A stretch of DNA of 20,000 nucleotides, taken from positions 51,759 to 71,758 of the IMG/VR virus record IMGVR_UViG_3300029258_003476; one strand, given 5' to 3'. Made by a program: the position numbers and the translations under genes. The notes beneath the pieces were generated by a model. The model did not search any database and was not told the origin of the DNA. It saw only the letters and a program-made list of their open reading frames with translations. The stretch is from an uncultured virus (IMG/VR IMGVR_UViG_3300029258_003476). Lineage: Duplodnaviria; Heunggongvirae; Uroviricota; Caudoviricetes. Numbering within the stretch: the stretch's first letter is position 1; every line of letters starts with the position of its first letter. Below are positions 1-8,134 of the stretch, piece by piece.

Positions 1-2
1 AG

Positions 3-251
3 GTCAGCCTGTTGGCGCTCAGGTGGACCGAGGCGGGGGCGCCCAACCCACCGCACTACACGTTCCCTCAGTCGTGGCCCCCTGAGCAGGAGGCCGTGAT
101 GCGCAAGGTCGGCGGCCCCATCACCCGCGAGGAGGTCGAGGCCGAGCTCGAGGCGCGGGCCAAGGTGCCGGTCACCGTTCTCGTTTCCCCTGACCCCGGC
201 GCCGAGCTCGGATGGACGACGCTCGACGACTTCTTCAAAGTTGGGCCATGA
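3..251 (+). CDS. Hypothetical protein, 5'-truncated by the window edge
   Basis: Frame open from position 3 to TGA 249-251, G/C-ending codons, stop overlaps next ATG (ATGA 248-251). Confidence 0.7.
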   Translation, partial: VSLLALRWTEAGAPNPPHYTFPQSWPPEQEAVMRKVGGPITREEVEAELEARAKVPVTVLVSPDPGAELGWTTLDDFFKVGP

Positions 252-487
252 CAGAGAAGTACATCAAAGTCGAGGTAACCTCGACGCTCGGAGCTTCCTA
301 CGTGTTCCCGGACATGCCCTTCGGTCAGCTCAAGCTCTTCATGGAGAACATGGCGGGCGCGTCCGACACGCTCGTTTTGGCCAACTTGAGCGGGGCAACC
401 ATGACGATCCCCAAAAGGATCATCGCTACTTTGAAAGTGAACGGCAAGACGGTATGGACACGCCAGACCCCAAGATCCGGTGCATGA
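248..487 (+). CDS. Small hypothetical protein (MTEKYIKVEVTSTLG...)
   Basis: ATG 248 in ATGA overlap with upstream stop; preferred over the track start at 212. Confidence 0.75.
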   Translation: MTEKYIKVEVTSTLGASYVFPDMPFGQLKLFMENMAGASDTLVLANLSGATMTIPKRIIATLKVNGKTVWTRQTPRSGA

Positions 488-813
488 ACTGCGGAGAGAT
501 GACCCTTCCCAAAGACGGGGACCTGTACCTGGGGGTGTTCGTGTGCCCCATGTGCAAGGGGGTCGCTGAGATTCTGCGCAAGCGGGCGCGCAAGGAGCTC
601 AAGCACCTGCTCACCTTGCTGGACGAGACCATTCGACTTGCGCTCGTGGAGGGCCGGCTCAAGCTGGGAGAGCAGGACCCCCAGGGGGACAAGCGCAAGG
701 TGCTGATGACCATCGTCGATCTGTTGGAGGCGAAGAATGGTACAGGAATCGAAGGGCGGAGCTTTCACGGGGCCGGACGACGTTCAGTACAAGGCGAAGT
801 GCCAGAACTCTAA
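454..813 (+). CDS. Zinc-ribbon protein (CMNC...CPMC) followed by a helical region
   Basis: Start reassigned to ATG 454 (MDTPDPKIRC); two CxxC knuckles; the 241-453 part of the track ORF is off-frame shadow of the previous gene. Confidence 0.75.
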   Translation: MDTPDPKIRCMNCGEMTLPKDGDLYLGVFVCPMCKGVAEILRKRARKELKHLLTLLDETIRLALVEGRLKLGEQDPQGDKRKVLMTIVDLLEAKNGTGIEGRSFHGAGRRSVQGEVPEL

Positions 814-1009
814 TTGCGAGTGGACCAAGATCTTGTGGCGCACTTCCGGCATCGGCTGGAAGGTGGGCGACATGCTTCCTCCCAACCCTGAGAAGCCGGA
901 GGAGACGCGATGTGTGAAGTGCGGAACGTACAGCCTGATGATCATCGAGGTCCCACAATCTCAGCCGATCCAGGGGCCGAAGGGCTTCTGGTGTTTGCCG
1001 ACCACCTGA
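737..1009 (+). CDS. Small zinc-ribbon protein (CQNSNC...CVKC)
   Basis: GGAGG at 726-730 upstream of ATG 737; Cx4C plus CxxC. Confidence 0.75.
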   Translation: MVQESKGGAFTGPDDVQYKAKCQNSNCEWTKILWRTSGIGWKVGDMLPPNPEKPEETRCVKCGTYSLMIIEVPQSQPIQGPKGFWCLPTT

Positions 1010-1293
1010 CGCTTGAGGTGCCGGGCATCGCCGGCATTGCCGGGTTGGTAGAGGAGCTCGAGGAGACGGGCACCGACGTCGTCTTCAAGAACGTCAGGCT
1101 TACCCACGCCGCGCACATGAAGGCCATCAATGGCATCACCTTCATGCAACTGTTCTCGTTCTTCACTGTCCGGCGCGGAGACCAGGTCGTCGGGTCCCAC
1201 CGCGAACTGCGGGTAATCGGTGGGGGTCTGCCCCCGGTCTACAAGGTCCCCTTCGTCTACCCCCGCGTTCTATTCAGAAAGAAGTTGACCTGA
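991..1293 (+). CDS. Hypothetical protein (VFADHLTLEVPG...)
   Basis: GTG 991 overlapping the end of the previous gene; coding-like codon bias begins here. Start uncertain. Confidence 0.65.
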   Translation: MFADHLTLEVPGIAGIAGLVEELEETGTDVVFKNVRLTHAAHMKAINGITFMQLFSFFTVRRGDQVVGSHRELRVIGGGLPPVYKVPFVYPRVLFRKKLT

Positions 1294-1315
1294 GCAAAAG
1301 AGCCAGGTAGGTCTT

Positions 1316-1337
1316 GGCGTACAACAGGCGTACAACA
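1316..1337. repeat. Perfect 11-bp tandem repeat (GGCGTACAACA x2) ending 2 nt before ATG 1340
   Basis: Copies read directly at 1316-1326 and 1327-1337. Confidence 0.9.
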
Positions 1338-1339
1338 CC

Positions 1340-2560
1340 ATGGCAAGAAAAGACCCACGACCTGAGCTCTCCCCAAACGCCCCGATCCCCGAGCCGACGG
1401 GCGAAACGGTGGAGATGCCGAACAACCCACCCTACGTTGACCCGCGTCTGCTGCACCCAAAGGCGCGGGCGTATCAAGAGCAACTGCAGAAAGCTCGAGG
1501 AGGCGAGCAGGTAGGCGTCACGCCGAAGCCGCCCATCCCGCGTCTCGACCAGTACGACGAGAGCGCCAACAAGGGCCGCACCATGGCCCAGTCCGCTATG
1601 GGCGGCGACACGCAGACTGTGGTCGACATCTACCCGACCGACATCTTGCACGAAGACGCGAGGCGCGACCCCAAGTTCATTCAGGGGCAGGGCGACATGT
1701 TGGCGATGAACCAGCCATCGCTGGCGCTCAAGTACGGCATCATGCGCAAGGGGGAGTACGTGCCCGGCACATCCCTCGTGCGGCGTCCGGAGGGCCAGCT
1801 CAAGCAGCTGCGTCCGGAGACAGTTGAGGGCTTGGAGAGATTGCAGCGCGAGCAGCAGGAGCAACAGCAGGCAGCCCGCGCCGCGGCTCAGCATGGTGAG
1901 CAAGTCGTCAAGGACATGGAAGGGCAGGTGGCCGAATCCCAGGCCAGTAACGCCGCCGGCGGCGCCGCGGCCCGGTTGGGAGGTCGGCCCATCGAAGGGG
2001 AGAAGGCTCCGACGGAGGAGGACGAGCGCAAGCTCAAGGAGGGCGACCTCGATCACCTCGACACGCTCGACTTCGGAACCATTCGGCAGATGATGGTCCG
2101 CAACCTGCTCAACAACGAGAAGCAGCGCGAGATCGTCGAGGGCCGGATCAAAGACGAGATCCGCATCAGCGACATGCTGATCAACGGCTACGCCAAGCAG
2201 CGGGTTCCCATCATCCCGGGGGAGTTCGAGCCGACCTTCATGACCGTGGGCGGCGACATCGAGCTCGAGCTCAAGGCCATGCTCTCGGAGGAGGCACGCA
2301 CCTACGAGTACACGGAGCAGTACTTCCTCGACAAGTACTCCCTGATGGCTCTGGCGGCGGGGTTGCACTCCATCAACGGGGAGAAGCTGCCGAGCCACAT
2401 CAACAATGACGGGGACCTCGACCGGGAACTGTTCTGGAAGAAGTTCAAGAAGGTCGCCAAACTCCCGCTGCCCATGCTGGCTAGCCTTGGAACGCACTAC
2501 TTCTGGTTCGACGTCAGGTGTCGCCGGAAGTTCGTAGCTGGAGAACTGGGAAATGGCTGA
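1340..2560 (+). CDS. Probable tail assembly chaperone (gpG-like) with long Pro/Gln-rich N-terminal extension
   Basis: 406 aa, strong codon bias; ends in slippery heptamer G GGA AAT one codon before the stop; lies upstream of a tape-measure-like gene. Function inferred from architecture. Confidence 0.6.
   Translation: MARKDPRPELSPNAPIPEPTGETVEMPNNPPYVDPRLLHPKARAYQEQLQKARGGEQVGVTPKPPIPRLDQYDESANKGRTMAQSAMGGDTQTVVDIYPTDILHEDARRDPKFIQGQGDMLAMNQPSLALKYGIMRKGEYVPGTSLVRRPEGQLKQLRPETVEGLERLQREQQEQQQAARAAAQHGEQVVKDMEGQVAESQASNAAGGAAARLGGRPIEGEKAPTEEDERKLKEGDLDHLDTLDFGTIRQMMVRNLLNNEKQREIVEGRIKDEIRISDMLINGYAKQRVPIIPGEFEPTFMTVGGDIELELKAMLSEEARTYEYTEQYFLDKYSLMALAAGLHSINGEKLPSHINNDGDLDRELFWKKFKKVAKLPLPMLASLGTHYFWFDVRCRRKFVAGELGNG
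2548..2554 (+). other. -1 programmed ribosomal frameshift site GGGAAAT (X XXY YYZ)
   Basis: 0 frame CTG GGA AAT GGC TGA; -1 frame GGG AAA TGG CTG... open to TGA 2980-2982. One base from the lambda G/GT site GGGAAAG. Confidence 0.8.
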
Positions 2561-2982
2561 GGACTCCCGAAGGGTGGACCAGGGCCAAGCTCCTGCTCCA
2601 CACGATACGCAGACCGCCCAGCATTGGGTCAGTTCGGGAGTCCATACTTCGTCTGCTTCTTCAACGACTGGAGGAGATCGAGCATTACCGGTTCACCGCG
2701 ATGTTCACGGCGATACTCGACTCGGAGGAGAAGAAGAAAGCGATAGAGGCCTACGAGGCCTACTTCAAAACGGCGTTCCCGTACATTGAGACGGACGAGA
2801 GGCGCACCGATGAGAAGCTCATCGACTTCCTGCGCAAAGAGGTCGAACGCGGGCCGCTCGAGATCAAGCCGCTCGACATGGGGGTGCGCAGCCGCATGGC
2901 CAGTCGCAAACGGCGGGCCGACCCGGAGCTTCTCAAGCGCTCCGGCAAGATCTTGAAGAAGATCGGAAGGACGCTGGAATGA
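2548..2982 (+). CDS. gpT-like C-terminal part of frameshifted chaperone (fusion about 547 aa)
   Basis: -1 frame ORF with no convincing start of its own (GTG 2518 has no clear SD; first ATG at 2701); stop overlaps next ATG (ATGA 2979-2982). Confidence 0.7.
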   Translation, partial: GKWLRTPEGWTRAKLLLHTIRRPPSIGSVRESILRLLLQRLEEIEHYRFTAMFTAILDSEEKKKAIEAYEAYFKTAFPYIETDERRTDEKLIDFLRKEVERGPLEIKPLDMGVRSRMASRKRRADPELLKRSGKILKKIGRTLE

Positions 2983-3377
2983 GCAAGGAAGAAGTCTACG
3001 TTTGCCCGCAGTGCAACAGCCCGGCTCTCGACGTTCCGCAGCTCGTTGGGTCGCGCGCTCAGTGCCGCAAGTGCGGGTGGAAGGGCCCCGTGCAGGACTT
3101 GGTTGGGGTGGCCATGGACATCCAAGGAGGACTTGGGGGCGACTCGCAGGAGGAGCTGACGCGCCAGTACATGACCGACGTGCGCAACACCATCGCCAAG
3201 GACTGCGCGCTTCCGATCGGCCGCCTTCTGGTCAAGTACGGGTTCGTCGACTCCGAGAACATAGACAAGAAGGTCATGGCCGCCTACTTGGTCGCCGTCG
3301 CCCGTGCGGTAGCGGTGACGCTGCTGGAGACCAGGGACAAGATCGAGACGGAGGGCATCAATGCAGTCGTCAACTGA
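2979..3377 (+). CDS. Zinc-ribbon protein (CPQC...CRKC) with helical C-terminal domain
   Basis: ATGA-coupled start; VYVCPQCNS...AQCRKCGWKG motif. Confidence 0.85.
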   Translation: MSKEEVYVCPQCNSPALDVPQLVGSRAQCRKCGWKGPVQDLVGVAMDIQGGLGGDSQEELTRQYMTDVRNTIAKDCALPIGRLLVKYGFVDSENIDKKVMAAYLVAVARAVAVTLLETRDKIETEGINAVVN

Positions 3378-3642
3378 CCAAGACAGGCCGTACTTCGCGC
3401 CCGCGCCGGTGCGCAAGGCGGACGAAGAGTCCCTGTTCTGCTTCCTCAACCCCGAGAGGGAGTGCGACTCGACGTGCATGGCGTTCAACATAAACGTCCC
3501 CAACCAGCCGGAGTACCGGGGCTCCTGGGCGCAATGCAAGCTGCTCATCAGCGCACATCAGATCGCCAAGCACATGACCATCGTGGCGCAGCAGGCGAAG
3601 AACCACGTCGACGATTCTCGCAGGAAGGCAGGTGCCCCATGA
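3361..3642 (+). CDS. Small Cys-rich protein (C-x7-C-x3-C...C)
   Basis: GGAGG upstream; FCFLNPERECDSTCMAF...QCKLL; stop overlaps next ATG. Confidence 0.8.
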   Translation: MQSSTDQDRPYFAPAPVRKADEESLFCFLNPERECDSTCMAFNINVPNQPEYRGSWAQCKLLISAHQIAKHMTIVAQQAKNHVDDSRRKAGAP

Positions 3643-4061
3643 CCCCGGTAACCCTTCAGGTGCAGGTCATGAAGATCGTCGAGGAGCTCGACATCTCTAC
3701 GGGCATCACCGAGCGGTTCTTGCTCGTCAACTTCCTCGGGCAGGAGGCGAGGTTCAAGGCCAACGACGGCGTCATCGAAGCAGTCATGGCGCGGTCGGTT
3801 GCTGGTGCCTCTCAGCCCGCTGCGCCCCCCGAACCGGGCAGGCCCTCAGAGTTCGAGGACTGGGCAGCCGAACCCCCGGGCCCCCCGCCGGCGCCGAAGA
3901 GCTTGCACGAGGCCTTCGACGGGCCCCCTCGGCCCCCGCCCCGCCCTAGGACCATTCAGGCAGATGCGCGCGGCAACCCCATCGTCCTCCCTGAGCACCG
4001 CGTCGATGGAAGTGGCGGCGTCATGGAGCGCGATGACGAGGAAGGTACAGCGTCGATATGA
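3639..4061 (+). CDS. Hypothetical protein with Pro-rich disordered C-terminal half
   Basis: ATG 3639 in ATGA overlap (MTPVTLQVQV...), preferred to track start 3462. Confidence 0.8.
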   Translation: MTPVTLQVQVMKIVEELDISTGITERFLLVNFLGQEARFKANDGVIEAVMARSVAGASQPAAPPEPGRPSEFEDWAAEPPGPPPAPKSLHEAFDGPPRPPPRPRTIQADARGNPIVLPEHRVDGSGGVMERDDEEGTASI

Positions 4062-4513
4062 TCGTCTTGTGCTCCAGGTGCGGCGCCGTGTTTCGGGTCA
4101 TGGGGGATCCGGACACGGTTGCCAACTTGGTCGGGCGGAACACCGAGTACTGGCCGAACGGGTACAAGTGCGCGCTGTGCGGGGGCACGTGCGCGGCCAC
4201 GGAAGGGGCCAGCCGAGAAGTGCTGTCGATGGCCACCAAACGCTTCGAGCTCGAGCCGCAGGAGGCCCTCATGGGGCTCGTGGCCGGCCTTGGCCTGCCG
4301 GAGGAGCGCGAGCTCGGCGATGTGAAGGGTGCCCTCGAGGGCAAGACGATTGACTCTGTTCACGGCTACATGATGGGCGGGCGCTTCGTGATTGAGCACT
4401 TGGACGTTGCGGGTCTTCGCCTCTTCCTTGCCGGCTCTGCGACTGGCGCCCTCGTGTACCGCGTCAAGGACCTGAAGAAGTTCGAGTTCACGGAGAAGGC
4501 CGATGGCGGATGA
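4058..4513 (+). CDS. Zinc-ribbon protein (CSRC...CALC)
   Basis: ATGA-coupled start, two CxxC motifs, biased codons. Confidence 0.85.
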   Translation: MIVLCSRCGAVFRVMGDPDTVANLVGRNTEYWPNGYKCALCGGTCAATEGASREVLSMATKRFELEPQEALMGLVAGLGLPEERELGDVKGALEGKTIDSVHGYMMGGRFVIEHLDVAGLRLFLAGSATGALVYRVKDLKKFEFTEKADGG

Positions 4514-4829
4514 CAGGCTCGTGCTGGAGTACAAGCGCAAGATCAGCGAGGGCGGCAAGTGCTCGGGGCGCGTCGTCAGGTACGAGAACGACGAACCCTC
4601 CTCTACCTTGTTCGCCGACGTGTCCTTCAAGGAGATGCTCGAGGTCTTCGCTTGGGAGGTGCAGCGCCGCCCTGACCTTCCCCTCTTCTACAAACGCATC
4701 GACCACCTCGGGTTCGAAGAACAACCATGGGACCCCGCGCATGTGTCCGCGTTTCGCGGCGACAGTGCCAAGGTCATCGAAGAACTGAGCACCCCTCGGG
4801 TGTACGGAAAGGAACTGAAGAATGGCTGA
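4503..4829 (+). CDS. Hypothetical protein
   Basis: 108 aa, GGAG upstream, short overlaps with both neighbours. Confidence 0.8.
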   Translation: MADDRLVLEYKRKISEGGKCSGRVVRYENDEPSSTLFADVSFKEMLEVFAWEVQRRPDLPLFYKRIDHLGFEEQPWDPAHVSAFRGDSAKVIEELSTPRVYGKELKNG

Positions 4830-5193
4830 CCCTACCAGCATCAAGCCCCTCGGGGTTCGCACGCCTCCCGGCCAGCAGGACGCGCGAGAGCAGTACCACG
4901 AGCAGACCATGCGGCAGATGGGCAAGCCCAAGACCGTCGTGTCGATTCAGAAGATGGACACCTACGTGATCCAGTTCTTCGACGCCAAGGGAGAGGCGCA
5001 CACGGCGCTGCTGCATCACACCGGCGACCAGCTGCTCATGCACAAGGCCGACGAAGCCTGGGCCAAGGACCTGCGCACCGTCATGCCGTGGGTCGAGGAG
5101 CAGGCCAAGAAGCTCGTGCCGGCGTTCGCCGCCAACGACATCAAGGCGGATACCGGCGTCGACATCATGGAGGAGGACGATGGAGGCAACTGA
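4822..5193 (+). CDS. Hypothetical protein with acidic C-terminus
   Basis: 123 aa, AAGGA upstream, very strong codon bias. Confidence 0.85.
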   Translation: MADPTSIKPLGVRTPPGQQDAREQYHEQTMRQMGKPKTVVSIQKMDTYVIQFFDAKGEAHTALLHHTGDQLLMHKADEAWAKDLRTVMPWVEEQAKKLVPAFAANDIKADTGVDIMEEDDGGN

Positions 5194-5557
5194 CCCCAGG
5201 GTGGCCGTCGTCGAGAAGGACGGAAAGGCCGTCAAGTTCCGCCTCCTCAGTGACTGGATCTACGTGCGCATTCACGAGCCCAAGAAGCAGAAGGGCAGCG
5301 TCATCCTGCCTGACACCGTGGCTCCGGATCTGCATGTCGGAACTGTGCTGGCCCGCGGTCCTGGCAAGGACGCATCCAACGGCTCTCGCATCCCTGTAGG
5401 GGTGGAGCCGGGGGAGGTCGTTGCCTTCCATCGGTGGAACGTCGAGCACCGACATGGCCAAGCCATCAGCCAGTATCTGGAAGAGGGTGCCGGGCTCATT
5501 CGTGGCGATGACGTGCTCGTCGTCTTCCCGCCGGGCTCCGAGCCGGAGATCTGGTGA
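5180..5557 (+). CDS. groES: GroES/Cpn10-family co-chaperonin (phage-encoded, divergent)
   Basis: Cpn10 motifs in order: FRLLSDWIYVR, mobile loop KGSVILPDT, GTVLARGPG, VEPGEVVAF, LIRGDDVLVV; SD GGAGGA upstream. Confidence 0.9.
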   Translation: MEATDPRVAVVEKDGKAVKFRLLSDWIYVRIHEPKKQKGSVILPDTVAPDLHVGTVLARGPGKDASNGSRIPVGVEPGEVVAFHRWNVEHRHGQAISQYLEEGAGLIRGDDVLVVFPPGSEPEIW

Positions 5558-5823
5558 TGGACCTCGTGGTCGAAGCCGGTCCCAACACGTGGCAGATCGC
5601 GTACACGTGGCTGCCAACGTGGATTGGGATGAACAAGGCGCTCATGATGGAGCTCCAGCGCCACCTTCGAGACAAGTTCGAGGACATCCGGCCGGGCAAG
5701 CCGGGTCTGCAGGAAGAGCTCAACAACGAGGTCGCCAGCTGGCTTCAGGGCAAGTTCCCGAACATCGAGGGCCTCGAGGCGCACCTTCTCCACTTGATGT
5801 GGGTGAAGCCAAAGGACTGGTGA
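5557..5823 (+). CDS. Hypothetical protein
   Basis: TGATG overlap with the groES stop (alternative GTG 5554); biased codons. Confidence 0.8.
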   Translation: MDLVVEAGPNTWQIAYTWLPTWIGMNKALMMELQRHLRDKFEDIRPGKPGLQEELNNEVASWLQGKFPNIEGLEAHLLHLMWVKPKDW

Positions 5824-6026
5824 TGAAAGAAGGGCGCATTCACATTCGATGTGACGAGAAGTTGGCGAACCAGATGCGCAAGTACGCCAAGAAGAAGCGC
5901 ACCACCCTGTCCGCTATCATAGAAGAGCACTTCCGGTTCCTGCTGGAGCTCGAGAAGGTCTCCAATGGGTTGCGAAAGGGAGAGCAAGGGGTAGCCCAAC
6001 ATGCGGTATCGAAAAGAAGCAGATAA
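5823..6026 (+). CDS. Ribbon-helix-helix (CopG/Arc/MetJ-like) DNA-binding protein
   Basis: ATG 5823 in TGATG overlap; beta strand RIHIRC, helix DEKLANQMRKYAKKK, turn, helix TLSAIIEEHFRFLL matches the RHH pattern. Confidence 0.75.
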   Translation: MKEGRIHIRCDEKLANQMRKYAKKKRTTLSAIIEEHFRFLLELEKVSNGLRKGEQGVAQHAVSKRSR

Positions 6027-6543
6027 GGTCGAGGTCCCCCCGGGCGCCGGCACGGCCGGGTTCTTGGAGACCATCAAGCAGCTGCTCGAGCTCCGCGGCA
6101 TCGACAACATTCACATCAGCGCGAAGGGCCTGGTGGAGTGGGAGCGTTGGGTGCCCAAGGACGGTCCGGAGGTTGAGCCGTTCGGCATCGACCTGTCCAC
6201 GTTCACTCCGCACGACGCCATGCGCCGGGGCCTGATGAAGGAGATCGTCTTCGTCCCGGAGGAGAACGCTGCGGAGACCATCTGCAAGTGCTTCGTGGCC
6301 GCTCGGGTTGATGGGGTCGTGCCTATCTGCTTCGCCACTGGGCCCAACACCCTCTTGTGGAAGTGGTTTGCACGAAAGACCGCGGTCGTTGCCTCCCTTC
6401 CTCAGGACGAGTTCTTTGGCTTGCCGCTGCGCCGAGACTCGGGAGTTCCCAACGAGGCGCTCGTCATGTTCGCGGGCTACGAGCGCACAGCGCAGCTCGT
6501 CGACTCCACCCACGTCTACAAGATCCCTCTGGTGCTTCAATGA
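6001..6543 (+). CDS. Hypothetical protein
   Basis: 180 aa, coding-like bias, stop overlaps next ATG. Confidence 0.8.
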   Translation: MRYRKEADKVEVPPGAGTAGFLETIKQLLELRGIDNIHISAKGLVEWERWVPKDGPEVEPFGIDLSTFTPHDAMRRGLMKEIVFVPEENAAETICKCFVAARVDGVVPICFATGPNTLLWKWFARKTAVVASLPQDEFFGLPLRRDSGVPNEALVMFAGYERTAQLVDSTHVYKIPLVLQ

Positions 6544-7052
6544 GACACAAGATCGCGGCCATCATCGCCAAGTCCGGCATCATCCCGGAGGAGACCCTTC
6601 GCCAGTACCAGAAGTGGGGTCTGCTGCCGGATGCCAAAAAGATTCCTCCTCCGAAGACGGCCGAGGAGTTCGTCACGCGGGTGCAGCGCGCGCTCGAGGA
6701 AGACAACATCGCCCTCGTCAAGGAGACGGACCTGGACATCGTCCCTCAGTATGTGAGGACGCAGGCCGTCGGCAGCTTGTACGTTGCGCACAACGAAGGG
6801 GAGATGCAGAAGGGGTTCGAGGTCGTCTTCGGTCGGACGCTCACCGGCGAGTTCATCTTGCCGTGGGGAGGGGACGACATCTCGGACCTGCTGACGAACG
6901 GTGTGACGCACCTGACCTTTGCAGTAGCGAACTCGTCGAGCAGGGGCGAGCCACTTCGCCTGCTCAGCACCGTCTACTTCGACGAGGTGCGGGAGGTCTA
7001 CTTTGGTGACCGGAAGGTGTTCATCGTCTGCCGGGGCAGGAAGGAGGAGTAG
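6540..7052 (+). CDS. Hypothetical protein (MRHKIAAIIAKSG...)
   Basis: ATG 6540 in ATGA overlap, preferred to track start 6357. Confidence 0.8.
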   Translation: MRHKIAAIIAKSGIIPEETLRQYQKWGLLPDAKKIPPPKTAEEFVTRVQRALEEDNIALVKETDLDIVPQYVRTQAVGSLYVAHNEGEMQKGFEVVFGRTLTGEFILPWGGDDISDLLTNGVTHLTFAVANSSSRGEPLRLLSTVYFDEVREVYFGDRKVFIVCRGRKEE

Positions 7053-7496
7053 ATGGCGAACGTTCTCGTAGGGGCGCTGGCACAGCGCGGGTTCGAGACG
7101 GTGGACGTCAAGTCCTCCCCGAACCGCGTCTACTTGCTTGGCAGGTGTCGGAGCAACATCCGGAACATGATGTCCGCGGTGCACAACATCTACTTGGCCG
7201 CGAACAACCAACCGTGGAGCGCGGACTTCTCCAAGTCCTTCCTGCTCAAGGGCGGCAACCTTGTGCATGCCTACCGCTTCATCTTCCAGAGCAAAGAGCC
7301 GATCGAGAAGTACCTGCCGATCATCTTGGCGGCCATCGCTAACGCCCCGGAGGTGGGCGTCACTGAAAGTGCAGGCAGCATGCCGCTGCACGGTGCCAGT
7401 GCGAATCGTAACGCCCCCGTCGAGTTCGGCGGCAAGGGGGCTGTGCCCTCGGGCAAGTTCATTCCCAAAGCCGCCATGGGCCGCATGGGAGGGTGA
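7053..7496 (+). CDS. Hypothetical protein
   Basis: ATG directly after TAG, SD AAGGAGGA upstream. Confidence 0.85.
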   Translation: MANVLVGALAQRGFETVDVKSSPNRVYLLGRCRSNIRNMMSAVHNIYLAANNQPWSADFSKSFLLKGGNLVHAYRFIFQSKEPIEKYLPIILAAIANAPEVGVTESAGSMPLHGASANRNAPVEFGGKGAVPSGKFIPKAAMGRMGG

Positions 7497-7497
7497 G

Positions 7498-8127
7498 ATG
7501 TCCGTCGTAGAGAAGAAGTACCAGGAGCAGGTAGAGGAAGTGCAGCTCACCCCGCAGGAGCTGCAAGCCGTGCAGGAGCGCATCAAGGGGATGCGCGAGC
7601 TCACCAAGGACAAGACGCCCCGGGCGAAGTACAAGATCGAGATCCGCTTCTTCCGCAAGCGAACCTCCCGCGCCGCTACTCCCGGCTTCATGTCTTGGTG
7701 GCTCAGCGGCAAGAAGCTGCACGGCGGAGGCGACGAAAAGATGTACGTCTGCCCGAACTGCAACAGCTTCATCCTTGAGGACGGCAACGTCTCGTCCGTG
7801 CACTACTGCCATGGGTGCGGGCAGAGTTACGAGGCCGAGAAGGCGATCGGCGAGATCTACTTCAATCTCACGATGCAGAAGTGGGCCGAGGTCATCAACA
7901 TGTGGTTCCACAAGCTCGGCGGGGACTGCGACATCTACCTCAAGCACAGTCCGGACGACATCCGAGCGCACTGCGAACGTGAGATGCTTCGCAAGGCCGG
8001 GGGCGACGTGCTCAACAAGATGCGCTCCGCGCGCGGCCTGTACATCTACCCTTTGGCGAACATCATCAAGGACCTTGGGGCCGGGGCCGACCCAGTCAAA
8101 CGGTTCAAGGCCTTTCTGACGGCGTGA
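7498..8127 (+). CDS. Protein with internal zinc ribbon (CPNC...CHGC)
   Basis: ATG 7498 with GGAGG upstream (MSVVEKKYQEQ...), preferred to track start 7261. Confidence 0.85.
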   Translation: MSVVEKKYQEQVEEVQLTPQELQAVQERIKGMRELTKDKTPRAKYKIEIRFFRKRTSRAATPGFMSWWLSGKKLHGGGDEKMYVCPNCNSFILEDGNVSSVHYCHGCGQSYEAEKAIGEIYFNLTMQKWAEVINMWFHKLGGDCDIYLKHSPDDIRAHCEREMLRKAGGDVLNKMRSARGLYIYPLANIIKDLGAGADPVKRFKAFLTA

Positions 8128-8134
8128 GGGGACC

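Noticed and set aside
1313..1330. Sigma-54 promoter (GG-N10-GC)
   Set aside because: Spacing arises from the tandem repeat; the TTGC -12 element is missing.
1274..2497. 407-aa minus-strand ORF (also 6537-7787 and 18625-19794)
   Set aside because: Antisense shadows of strongly biased plus-strand genes in GC-rich DNA; unnatural composition.
2553..2789. 78-aa ORF from ATG 2553 as the gene after 1340-2560
   Set aside because: Off-frame-like composition; the -1 frame has the coding bias and couples to the next gene by ATGA.
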